A stretch of 53,959 nt of DNA from Nitriliruptorales bacterium (GCA_041591915.1 JBFHRB010000001.1:1-53959), one strand, 5' to 3'; counted from the stretch's first letter, positions 41,676 to 50,083 are shown. A program made the numbers and translations. Notes: generated from the letters alone by a model not told the origin.

Positions 41676-44471
41676 TCACGGGTCGAGCACACATCCGCGT
41701 TGGGTCCCCAGCGCCTCCAGCCCGCGCAGGTCCGGGGGGCGGAAGTAGACGGGCCCGCCGAGCGGGCTGGGGGCCATCAGCCCCTCGGCGTGGTCGAGCC
41801 CGATGAGGTGGCCGAACTCGTGGAGGATCACCTCACCCCAGTTCACGTCGGCACCGTCGTAGCCGGGCGCGACCTGCCCGATCGCGTTCGCGTTGAACCG
41901 GACCAGTGCCGTCGTGATGACCTGCTGCCCGCGCGCGTTCGTCCACCGTCGGTTGGTGACCCGCCCGAGCACCCCGCTCCCGGTGAAGGGCCCGAGGTCC
42001 GTCCAGCCCACCCAGACGGGCGGGTAGCGGCCGGGGTCGTCGCGGTCGCCGGGGTTGGCCGGCTCGGGCTCCGTCGTCGTGCCGTCGAAGACCAGGTCGA
42101 TGCCGGTCAGCTGCTCGACCCGTCGAGCCCCCTCCAGCAGGTCGTCGAGCGCGGTCGGGTAGGCGCCGGACACGTTGGCGACCCAGTGCAGCGGTCGACA
42201 CGGGTTCCAGCGGGCGGCGGTCGCGTCGGGGTTGATGGTGATCACCCGAAAGGCGAAGAGCCCCTCGCGGCCCAGCGTTCCCTCGAGCACCGGGTCGATG
42301 ACGGCCGTTCCACCCAGGAGCACGAGGCGACCGGGGTCGTGCTGCGTCGCCAGCGCGAAGCGCGCGCCCTCGAGCAGCCACTCGTCCACCAGGGTGACGG
42401 GTGCGCGCATCAGGCCCGCGAGCGCGCCACCGGCCAGCGCGTCCGGGAACGAGCGTCCCGTCGCGAGGAAGGCGACCGTGCTCGAGGGAACCGATGTCCG
42501 GACGATCTCCGAGGACGTGGCGTACCGGCTCGGGCCGGACACCCGCGTGACCCATGCCCCGCCCTGGCCGAGCTGGGTCGCCACACCCTCCGACACCGCC
42601 GCAACGCCACCGAGAACGACGATCGTCGTCGGGCGCAGGCGCGCGAGCTCGTCGGCGGTGGCCGCGGGGATGGAGTCCCGCGTGACGAGCAGGATCGGAG
42701 CGCCGTCCGCAGCGGCGGCCGGGACGCCCGACAGCGCGTCCGGGAAGTTCTCGCCCGTGGCCACGTAGACGGTCTCGACGGCCGTCGGGAAGAAGGCCCG
42801 CGAGATGTCCGCCGCCGTCGCGTAGCGGTTCGCGCCCGAGCGACGTTCGACGGGCTCCGTGGCATAGCCAGCGAGCTGCGTGGCCACGGCCGCTGACACG
42901 GCAGCCGTGCCGCCGAGCACGACGATGCGGCGTGGGCGCAACCGCTGCAGCTCGGTGGCCGTCGACGACGGGATCGAGTCCGGCCGGACCAGCAGCACCG
43001 GCCCGTCGACCAGCGACGCCACGGGTCCGCCCGCGAGCGCGTCCGGGAAGGCCTCGCCCGTCGCGACGAGGACCGTGTCGACGCCGGGCGCGAAGCCCAG
43101 TTCGGAGACGGCCGCGGCCGTGGCATAGCGGTCGTTGCCGGAGGCGCGGGTCATCGTGACGGGGTCGGCGCCGTCGCCGGCGGCGAGGTCGCACCACGGG
43201 TGGCCGTCCCGGTCGCCCGATGGGGTCAGCCGCGCGACCACGGGCTGGCGAACCCCACTGGAGATGCGGGTGCCGGCCACGAGCACGTCGGCCTCCGGCG
43301 CATCGCTGACGGCGGTCGGGAAGACGAGGGCCGTCGCGTCGCGGGAGCGCGGGGTGAACGTCGCCATCTCCCCGCCGGCGAATCCCGGATGGCGTGCCAG
43401 CGTGGGGGTCAGGCGGTGGACCTCGAGGTCCCGGCGGTCGCTGAGCGAGAACAGGGTGTTGAGGCCGACGATGCCGCCGTCGGCGGCGAACACGACATCC
43501 TCGAGGCCGCGCGTGGTGTCGGTGGTCGCCGTCGCCACGCCGTCGGGGCCGTTCGTCGCGTCAGGGGCCCCGTCGAGGCGGAGGCGCAGCGTGGCCACGC
43601 CGACCGCATCGGTCGTCGCGAGGACCGTCACCGCATCCGCGTCGAGGCGCAGGTCCGTGATCCCGGTCGAGGCGAGGGTCGCGTCGCTACGACCGTCGCC
43701 GTCGAACGACGTGACCGGGGCGCCATCGGCGCCGAGGAGCCAGACCGTCGCCGAGCTCCCGTCCGCCCCGGCCGCCGCGATCCCTGTCGCTCCCGATGCG
43801 ACCGCACCGACCGCCGGGCTCGACGGCAGGTCGACGTGGCCGTCGCCGTCGAAGGTCGTGTCGAGGGCGCCGCCGGCGGTGATCCGGCTCAGGCGTTGCA
43901 GGCCGGTCGTGTCGTCGACGGTCGCGACGAGCAGGCCCCCGCTGGGGTGGGGGGCCGCGGCGCGCAGCCGGTGGCCGGTGAGCGACAGCGGCGTGCCGGC
44001 GGGCCGGCCGTCGGCGCCGACACGCAGCACCTGCACCGTCGCATCGCCGGTCGTCGTCGTGTCGGCCACCGCCCACGTGTCGGTGGCGGCCCCGGTCGCG
44101 ACGAGCTCGACGACGTCGACAGCGTCCGTGCCGAGGTCGCTCACCCGGCCCGTGATGCCGACCGCGGCAGCGGGTGCGCCATCGGCGTCGAGCCGCCAGA
44201 CGACCAGGCGATCACGTCCGTCCGTCGCCCGCTGGACGTCCGCGACGACCGTCCCGCCGTCACCGTGCGAGAGCACCGTCGTCCGCGCGAGGGTGCCGCG
44301 CTCGCCGGCATCGAGGAAGGCCGCGCCGCAGAAGCCGAACAGGATCGGGCGGGGGTCCGTGGCGGCCGCGGACGGCGCGACGGGTGCGATGACCGTGGTG
44401 GCGGCGATGAGCAGCGCGACGACGGCGCTGGACAGCGACCTCGACCGGGCGTGTGGACGTCTGTGTGACAT
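41676..44471 (-). CDS. Secreted multidomain metzincin-type zinc metalloprotease with three cell-wall-binding (CWB2-like) repeats
   Basis: Starts at ATG 44471 with a Sec-type signal (MSHRRPHARSRSLSSAVVALLIAATTVIAPVAPSAAA). The N-terminal region is repetitive (FDGDG motifs). There are three xxRYATAA...FPDAL...VLGG repeats. The C-terminal motif is HEFGHLIGLDH. Confidence 0.8.
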   Translation of the reverse strand: MSHRRPHARSRSLSSAVVALLIAATTVIAPVAPSAAATDPRPILFGFCGAAFLDAGERGTLARTTVLSHGDGGTVVADVQRATDGRDRLVVWRLDADGAPAAAVGITGRVSDLGTDAVDVVELVATGAATDTWAVADTTTTGDATVQVLRVGADGRPAGTPLSLTGHRLRAAAPHPSGGLLVATVDDTTGLQRLSRITAGGALDTTFDGDGHVDLPSSPAVGAVASGATGIAAAGADGSSATVWLLGADGAPVTSFDGDGRSDATLASTGITDLRLDADAVTVLATTDAVGVATLRLRLDGAPDATNGPDGVATATTDTTRGLEDVVFAADGGIVGLNTLFSLSDRRDLEVHRLTPTLARHPGFAGGEMATFTPRSRDATALVFPTAVSDAPEADVLVAGTRISSGVRQPVVARLTPSGDRDGHPWCDLAAGDGADPVTMTRASGNDRYATAAAVSELGFAPGVDTVLVATGEAFPDALAGGPVASLVDGPVLLVRPDSIPSSTATELQRLRPRRIVVLGGTAAVSAAVATQLAGYATEPVERRSGANRYATAADISRAFFPTAVETVYVATGENFPDALSGVPAAAADGAPILLVTRDSIPAATADELARLRPTTIVVLGGVAAVSEGVATQLGQGGAWVTRVSGPSRYATSSEIVRTSVPSSTVAFLATGRSFPDALAGGALAGLMRAPVTLVDEWLLEGARFALATQHDPGRLVLLGGTAVIDPVLEGTLGREGLFAFRVITINPDATAARWNPCRPLHWVANVSGAYPTALDDLLEGARRVEQLTGIDLVFDGTTTEPEPANPGDRDDPGRYPPVWVGWTDLGPFTGSGVLGRVTNRRWTNARGQQVITTALVRFNANAIGQVAPGYDGADVNWGEVILHEFGHLIGLDHAEGLMAPSPLGGPVYFRPPDLRGLEALGTQRGCVLDP

Positions 44472-44508
44472 CTGGGAAGTAGATGTCCACGCGGCAAGAG
44501 ATGTCCAC
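44452..44508. repeat. Nested direct/inverted decamer repeats (GTGGACATCT family) spanning the protease start codon
   Basis: The minus strand reads GTGGACATCT-N8-GTGGACATCT-N7-AGATGTCACA-N2-AGACGTCCAC. The ATG lies inside the third unit. Confidence 0.6.
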
Positions 44509-44519
44509 ACAGTGATGGG

Positions 44520-45323
44520 TCAGCGTCCCTCGAAGCGCGCGTCGCGCTTCTCGCGGAAGGCGGCCATGCCCTCCTGGACGTCGCGGGTGCCGGCCACGAG
44601 CGCCTGGAAGTGGCGCTCGCGCTCGAGGAGGTGTCCGAGGTCGGATTCGAACGACGAGTTGAGGAGCTGCTTGTTGAGCCCGATGGCCCGGGTCGCCCCG
44701 GCGGCGAGCTCGACGGCCAGGGCGTCGGCCTCCTGCGCGAGCTCGTCGGCCGATGCGTACGCGCGCAGCGCGAGACCCTCGCGGACGGCGTCGGCTCCCA
44801 CGATCGAGCCCCCGCGCAGCAGGAGCTCCTTCGCGCGTGGCATGCCCACCAGGCGCGGCAGGAGGTAGGCGCCGCCCGCGTCGGCCACCAGCCCCCACCT
44901 CGCGAAGTTCCAGATGAACCGCGTGGCGTCGCACGCCAGGACGAAGTCGCAGGCCAGTGCGAGGTGTGCACCCGGTCCCACCGCGGCCCCGTTCACGGCC
45001 GCGATGGTCGGCTTGTCGAGCTCCCAGAGCTCGGTCACGATGGCCTGCAGGCCGCGGCGCAGCGCCTCCGAGGTGGTGCGTGGGTCGAAGTCCTTCGACC
45101 CGACGTCCTTCAGGGTCGACGCGGTCAGGTCCATGCCCGCGCAGAAGGCGTCCCCCGCGCCCGTGAGCAGCAGCGCGCGGACGCCGCGATCGACCCGCGC
45201 CTCGCGCACCGCGGCCAGCAACGCCTCGCGCATGCCCGGCGTGATCGCGTTCTTGGCGTCCGGCCGGTCGAGCGTGATCCGGCAGACGTGATCGCCACCC
45301 ACCTCAACCCGGACGCCCGTCAT
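44520..45323 (-). CDS. Enoyl-CoA hydratase/isomerase (crotonase) family protein
   Basis: Motifs: ITLDRPDAKNAI and LLLTGAGDAFCAGMDL. Confidence 0.9.
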   Translation of the reverse strand: MTGVRVEVGGDHVCRITLDRPDAKNAITPGMREALLAAVREARVDRGVRALLLTGAGDAFCAGMDLTASTLKDVGSKDFDPRTTSEALRRGLQAIVTELWELDKPTIAAVNGAAVGPGAHLALACDFVLACDATRFIWNFARWGLVADAGGAYLLPRLVGMPRAKELLLRGGSIVGADAVREGLALRAYASADELAQEADALAVELAAGATRAIGLNKQLLNSSFESDLGHLLERERHFQALVAGTRDVQEGMAAFREKRDARFEGR

Positions 45324-45324
45324 C

Positions 45325-46500
45325 TCAGCCCTCGTTCGTCGTGAGGATGTTCACCACGCTGACGCCGGACCCGCGGCCCCCCACGTTGTGCTGGAGCGCG
45401 AACCCGTTGCGGGTCGCGACCTGGCGGTCGTCGGCCTCGCCGCGCAGCTGCCAGTAGCACTCGGTGAGCTGGGCGACGCCCGTCGCGCCGATCGGGTGCC
45501 CCTTGGCGATCAGGCCGCCGCTGGGGTTCACCGGGAGGCGCCCGTCGAGCGCGGTCTCGCCGGCGAGCGTCGCGTGGCCGCCCTTGCCCTTCTCGACGAA
45601 CCCGAGGTCCTCGATGTCGAGGATCTCCGTGATGGTGAAGCAGTCGTGGACCTCGGCCATGTCGATGTCGCCCGGCCCGACGCCTGCCATCGCGTAGGCC
45701 CGCTTGGCGGCATGGACGGTGGCCGGCAGCTCGACGAACGACTGCTTCTCGTGCAGCGCCGGATGGTCGGTCGCGACGCCGAAGCCGGCGACGTAGACCG
45801 GCGCGTCCGTGAACTCCTTCGCCCGGTCGGCCCGGACGAGCACCATCGCGGCGGCCCCGTCGGTCTGGGGGCAGCAGTCGAGGAGGTGCAGCGGTTCGCA
45901 CACGAGCGGCGAGCTGAGGTAGCGGTCGAGGTCGATCTCCTGCTGGAAGTGCGCGTACGGGTCGAGCGTCGCGTTGTGGCGGTTCTTCATCGCGACGGCG
46001 CCGAGCATCTCGCGGGTCGTGCCGAAGTCGTGCATGTGGCGGGTCGCGAACGGCGCGAACAGCACGGGTGCCGTCTCCCCGCGGTTGTAGATCGGGTGGC
46101 CCGAGGCGGCGCGGGCGAGCAGGCCCTCCTCGGCCGACTTGTCACGCATCTTCTCGACGCCGATGACGAGGGCGATGTCGTACACACCGCTCGCGACGGT
46201 CATCGCGGCGATGCGGAAGGCGTCGGAGCCCGACGGGCAGGCGTTCTCCACGCGCGTGCACGGGACGCCGTTGAGGCCGATGGCGCTGGGGATGGTGTTG
46301 CCGCCGATGCCCTCCTGGCCCCACAGCGTCCCGCGCTGGGTCGAGAGGATGACGTTGTCGATGAGTGCGGGGTCGAACCCGTGGTCGACGCTGCCGACCG
46401 CGGCGTCGAACGCCTGCTTCGCGAGCTGCTCGTAGCTGCGATCGAAGAGCTCACCGAATCGGATCAGCCCGGCGCCGACGACGGCGACCTGGTTCCACAT
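45325..46500 (-). CDS. Thiolase-fold protein, SCP-x / lipid-transfer-protein (Ltp)-type
   Basis: Starts at ATG 46500 (MWNQVAVVGAG). Motifs: ENACPSGSDAF (Cys nucleophile region), NPSGGLIAKGHPIGATG and HNVGG. The 789-aa track ORF is an artefactual extension. Confidence 0.85.
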   Translation of the reverse strand: MWNQVAVVGAGLIRFGELFDRSYEQLAKQAFDAAVGSVDHGFDPALIDNVILSTQRGTLWGQEGIGGNTIPSAIGLNGVPCTRVENACPSGSDAFRIAAMTVASGVYDIALVIGVEKMRDKSAEEGLLARAASGHPIYNRGETAPVLFAPFATRHMHDFGTTREMLGAVAMKNRHNATLDPYAHFQQEIDLDRYLSSPLVCEPLHLLDCCPQTDGAAAMVLVRADRAKEFTDAPVYVAGFGVATDHPALHEKQSFVELPATVHAAKRAYAMAGVGPGDIDMAEVHDCFTITEILDIEDLGFVEKGKGGHATLAGETALDGRLPVNPSGGLIAKGHPIGATGVAQLTECYWQLRGEADDRQVATRNGFALQHNVGGRGSGVSVVNILTTNEG

Positions 46501-47900
46501 CAGCCCTGTCCTCTCGTCGCGGCCGGGGCCGCCTTGTAGCCGTAGACCGGCGCCCCACGTTCGCGGGCGTAGCGACGCAGGACGAGCTCGATCCCACCGT
46601 CGATCTGGAACGCCGTGCCCGCGAGCCCCTGCAGTTGCAGGCGCGTGCCGTCGACGAGGTCCGCGATGACGACCGGCAAGGGCGCCTCGAACGGCGCCGG
46701 CATGGTCTGGTTCACCACGAACGTCACGACCGTCCCCGCGCGCGGGAGATCGACGATCTCGAACGACGAGCCGCCACATCCGGTGCAGGCCGGGTGCACC
46801 GATGGGGGCGTCGACACGGTCCCGCAGTCGGTGCATCGGGCGCCGTGCAGGCTGAGCAGCTCGGCTCCGCCCCGCACGAAGCCCGCACCCCCCGGCGGGA
46901 CGCCCATCTGGACGGGCTCGCCCGCCGGGCTGAGCTGGCCGCGGGCACGCAGCACGGTGGCGTAGGAGGCCGGGCGCCCCTCGGCGGTGACGGCGTCGAG
47001 CAGGTCGGCGCCGGGCACCGCGCCGTTGACGTCGATCGTCAGGGTCACGGTCTCGCCGCCGCCATAGGCGACGAGGCCCACGGTCCCTCCGCCGCCGAGG
47101 GCCGCGATGGCCCCGAGCAGCGGGGCCGCGGCGCCGGTGTCGCCGAACGCGGCGTACGGGCCGGCGGACGGCGGCTCGCCGGCGCCGACCTCCTTGGCGA
47201 TCAGGCGGCCGAGGCGCCCGTCGGGGTCGGGCAGTGACCACGCGCTGATCGGGGTGGCCTCGTGCAGCGCCCGGGCCGCCCCCACCACCGACGGGACGAA
47301 GACCTCCTCGCGGAAGAGGCGCCCGTCGTACGCGTCGCGGGTCGCGGCCTCGTCGCTGCCGCGGTAGCGATCGAGCACGGGGCGCAGCCTCGTCGTCGCC
47401 GCACCCAGGATCGCAGGCCCGTCCCCGGCCTCGAGGACGAACGCCGACCCGGCGGCGCCGGCGCGGTGCTCGTGCCGCGAGCCCAGGCCCGGCAGGACGT
47501 CGTCCGAGACCACGACGAGCGCGCGGGAGCAGCGCCCGGCGGCGATGGCATCGGAGGCGGCGAGCAGGGCCTGCACCCCGCACGTGTCCGTCCCCGAAAC
47601 GATGGCTCCCACGACCGTGTCCGGGAGTCGGAGCGTCGCCGACAGGTAGGCGCGGGACGGGCCCTGGCCGAACGGGGGTGTGGGCGTGCCCCACCAGAGG
47701 CCGTCGATCGAACCCGGGTCGCTGCCGGCGGCCTCGAGGGCACGGACGGCGGCCTGCCAGGCCAGCGTGAGCGTGTCCTCGTCCGCCGCGCAGGCGGCGA
47801 ACCGACCTCGCGCGCTTGTTCCCCAGGCGTCTGCGACGTCACTCGCCTCGCAGCGCAGGCTCCCGGCGGCGGCACCCACCCCCGTTATCGCGACCGGCAT
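46500..47900 (-). CDS. Fusion protein: HMG-CoA synthase/KAS-III-like thiolase-fold domain + DUF35 (Zn-ribbon/OB-fold) domain
   Basis: The N-terminal roughly 300 aa are thiolase-fold-like (VSGTDTCGVQALLAASDAI). The C-terminus has the CTDCG...CTGCG zinc ribbon followed by an OB-like segment (GTVVTFVVNQ). The stop overlaps the thiolase ATG by 1 nt. Confidence 0.65.
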   Translation of the reverse strand: MPVAITGVGAAAGSLRCEASDVADAWGTSARGRFAACAADEDTLTLAWQAAVRALEAAGSDPGSIDGLWWGTPTPPFGQGPSRAYLSATLRLPDTVVGAIVSGTDTCGVQALLAASDAIAAGRCSRALVVVSDDVLPGLGSRHEHRAGAAGSAFVLEAGDGPAILGAATTRLRPVLDRYRGSDEAATRDAYDGRLFREEVFVPSVVGAARALHEATPISAWSLPDPDGRLGRLIAKEVGAGEPPSAGPYAAFGDTGAAAPLLGAIAALGGGGTVGLVAYGGGETVTLTIDVNGAVPGADLLDAVTAEGRPASYATVLRARGQLSPAGEPVQMGVPPGGAGFVRGGAELLSLHGARCTDCGTVSTPPSVHPACTGCGGSSFEIVDLPRAGTVVTFVVNQTMPAPFEAPLPVVIADLVDGTRLQLQGLAGTAFQIDGGIELVLRRYARERGAPVYGYKAAPAATRGQG

Positions 47901-47925
47901 CGGCGCCTCCCTCCCGGACGAACCC

Positions 47926-47939
47926 TGACTCTAGCGTCA
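47926..47939. promoter_or_regulatory. Palindromic operator-like site (TGACTCTAGCGTCA) within the 26-nt inverted repeat GAACCCTGAC-TCTAGC-GTCAGGGTTC
   Basis: Lies upstream of the fusion gene (start 47900). The minus-strand TAGAGT -10-like hexamer sits in the centre of the palindrome. GGGAGGGAGG precedes the ATG. Confidence 0.65.
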
Positions 47940-47945
47940 GGGTTC

Positions 47946-47958
47946 TGACGGGGTGTCA
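47946..47958. promoter_or_regulatory. Palindromic operator-like site, N5 variant (TGACGGGGTGTCA)
   Basis: Lies 6 nt from the 47926 site, so the two form a tandem pair in a 77-nt gap. Confidence 0.45.
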
Positions 47959-47977
47959 GGTCCGGGTGGCGCGCCGC

Positions 47978-49204
47978 TCAGCGGAGGTCGAACGCGACCT
48001 TGACCGCCCCCGTCTCGTGAGCGCGCAGGATGGTCGTGAACGCCTCGCGCCAGTCCTCGAGCCGGTAGGTGTGGGTCAGCATGCCGTCGAGGTCGATCCG
48101 CCCGGCACGGACGAGGTCGAGGTAGTGCTGCATGGCGTGCTGGCGGAGCCCGTCCACCTCCTCGATCCCGAACGCGTTGCTGCCGACCAGCCGCAGCTCC
48201 TTGAAGTACCACGGGGTCCATTCGAAGCGCCCCGGCGTGGCCACCCCGGTCAGCACCATGGTCCCGCGGGGCCGGGTGATCCGCACGCCCACCTCGAGGG
48301 TCTCCGTCGAGGCGACGGTGTCGTAGACGACGTCGGCGCCCCCGGGCTGCAGCATCGGGGCGCCGAGGAACGGGGTCCGGACGCGTGCTCCGGTTGCGTC
48401 CCCCACGGCGGCCACGATGGCCTCTGCCGACGTGCTGGTGATCGCGGTCGCTCCGAGCCGCTGGGCCAGCGCGGCCTGGTGGGGGTGCTGGCAGACGGCG
48501 AGCACCTGGACGCCGGGATGGAGCGCACGCAGGATCTCGAGCGTCGTCGTGCCGAGGGCCCCGATGCCGTAGACCACCGCCGTCCCACCGTCGGGCGGCG
48601 GGTTCCGCGTCACGGCGTGCAGCGACACCGAGAAGGGATCGGCCAGGACGGCCACCTCGTCGGGCACGTCGTCCGGCAGGGGGATGCACATGGAGGCGTG
48701 TGCCGGGAGGAACTCGCCGAAGCCGCCCGGCGCGTCGGCCGAGTTGCCCACGTGGATGCCCGGCTGCAGCCGGCCCTCGGCGAAGTTGTGGCACAGCGAC
48801 AGGTCGCCGTCGGCGCAGGCCGGGCACACGGGCGCGATGCCCCGCGGGGCGCAGGACAGCCAGGGGTTGAGCAGGACGCGCTGGCCGATGTCGAGGCCGC
48901 TGGCGTCCGCGCCGACCTCGGCGACCTCGGCGACGACCTCGTGCCCGAGCACCTGGGGGAACGAGATGAGTGCCGTCATCGCGTTGTCGGGATCGCCGTC
49001 CGCCAGCACCTGCTTGGTGTCGGAGCCGCAGATCCCGGTCATACGCGTCCGCAGCCGCACCCAGTCGGGGCCGGGGAGCTCCCCGGGCTCGACGTCCTGC
49101 AGGGCCATGGGCGTGACCGCCAGGCGGCGCTCGCCCTCCGGGAGGGTCGGATCGACCTCGTCGGGCTGGACGGCCGGGGCCACCCCGTAGACCAGTGCTC
49201 GCAC
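47978..49204 (-). CDS. Zinc-dependent alcohol dehydrogenase (MDR family)
   Basis: Starts at GTG 49204 (VRALVYGV); 49207 is an alternative start. Motifs: GICGSDTK, GHEVVAEV and a structural-Zn Cys cluster (CAPRGIAPVCPACADGDLSLC). The upstream 117 aa of the track ORF were rejected. Confidence 0.85.
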   Translation of the reverse strand: MRALVYGVAPAVQPDEVDPTLPEGERRLAVTPMALQDVEPGELPGPDWVRLRTRMTGICGSDTKQVLADGDPDNAMTALISFPQVLGHEVVAEVAEVGADASGLDIGQRVLLNPWLSCAPRGIAPVCPACADGDLSLCHNFAEGRLQPGIHVGNSADAPGGFGEFLPAHASMCIPLPDDVPDEVAVLADPFSVSLHAVTRNPPPDGGTAVVYGIGALGTTTLEILRALHPGVQVLAVCQHPHQAALAQRLGATAITSTSAEAIVAAVGDATGARVRTPFLGAPMLQPGGADVVYDTVASTETLEVGVRITRPRGTMVLTGVATPGRFEWTPWYFKELRLVGSNAFGIEEVDGLRQHAMQHYLDLVRAGRIDLDGMLTHTYRLEDWREAFTTILRAHETGAVKVAFDLR

Positions 49205-49259
49205 CACGTTCGCTCCGGTCGGCGTAAGGTCGCGGCAGGGCCGCAGGAAAGGTGTCGCA

Positions 49260-49655
49260 ATGAGCTCGGTCGAGGACCGCGAGTCGATCCGCGAGACGCT
49301 CGCTCGATACTGCCACAGCATCGACGACGGACGCTGGGACGAGTTCGAGTCGCTCTGGACGGGCGACGCGAGCATGGAGTTCGCGGGCCGCCACGTCGAG
49401 GGCCGTGGCGAGATCCTCACGTTCATGCAGAAGGCGATGCCCGAGCACATGCGCGGCCGCCACCTGACGACGAACTCCGTCATCGAGATCGACCACGACC
49501 GGGCGTACGTGACGAGCGACTTCCTGTGGGTCGGGCCGGACGGCGACGGCGGCACGAGGCAGACGACGGGCCGCTATCGCGACGTGCTGACCTGTGACGC
49601 CGAGCGGTGCTGGTCCTTCGCCCGCCGCCACATCGAGCTGGATGGCGGCAGATGA
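49260..49655 (+). CDS. SnoaL-like / NTF2-fold protein
   Basis: 131 aa. Has the typical N-terminal helix (DRESIRETLARYCHSIDDGRWDEFESLW). Confidence 0.7.
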   Translation: MSSVEDRESIRETLARYCHSIDDGRWDEFESLWTGDASMEFAGRHVEGRGEILTFMQKAMPEHMRGRHLTTNSVIEIDHDRAYVTSDFLWVGPDGDGGTRQTTGRYRDVLTCDAERCWSFARRHIELDGGR

Positions 49656-50083
49656 CCGCGCCGGCCGGCTGGTACCCGGACCCGCGCGAGGCGTTCGACT
49701 ACCGGTGGTGGGACGGCACCCGCTGGACCGAGCGCGTGACCGAGGAGGGCGTCGAGGCGACGAGCCCCCTCCCTGCCGACCTGCACCCCGCGGCGCCGGA
49801 CACCGCGGAGCGACGCGCGGCCCCGGTGGGCGATCGGGAGGGCGACGCCACGTCCGGGGCGGGATCGGCCCCGTCGGCCAGTTCGCCGTCCGACACGCCG
49901 ACGTCGTCGACGCCCCAGCCGACCGCGCAGGCGAAGCCACAGCGCGTCCTCGCCCTCGCCGTCGCGATCGCACTGCTGGGGCTGGGCCTGATGTTCGCGA
50001 TCACGGCCGGAGCGGGCGAGGGCGAGCCGGAGGACGACGAGACGGACGCCCCGTTCGGCATGGTGCTGGTCGACATCGAGTAG
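49652..50083 (+). CDS. DUF2510-domain membrane protein
   Basis: Starts at ATG 49652, overlapping the previous stop (ATGA). Has GWYPDP...YRWWDGTRWT, a Pro/Ser/Thr-rich linker and one hydrophobic helix (VLALAVAIALLGLGLMFAI). Confidence 0.75.
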   Translation: MTAPAGWYPDPREAFDYRWWDGTRWTERVTEEGVEATSPLPADLHPAAPDTAERRAAPVGDREGDATSGAGSAPSASSPSDTPTSSTPQPTAQAKPQRVLALAVAIALLGLGLMFAITAGAGEGEPEDDETDAPFGMVLVDIE

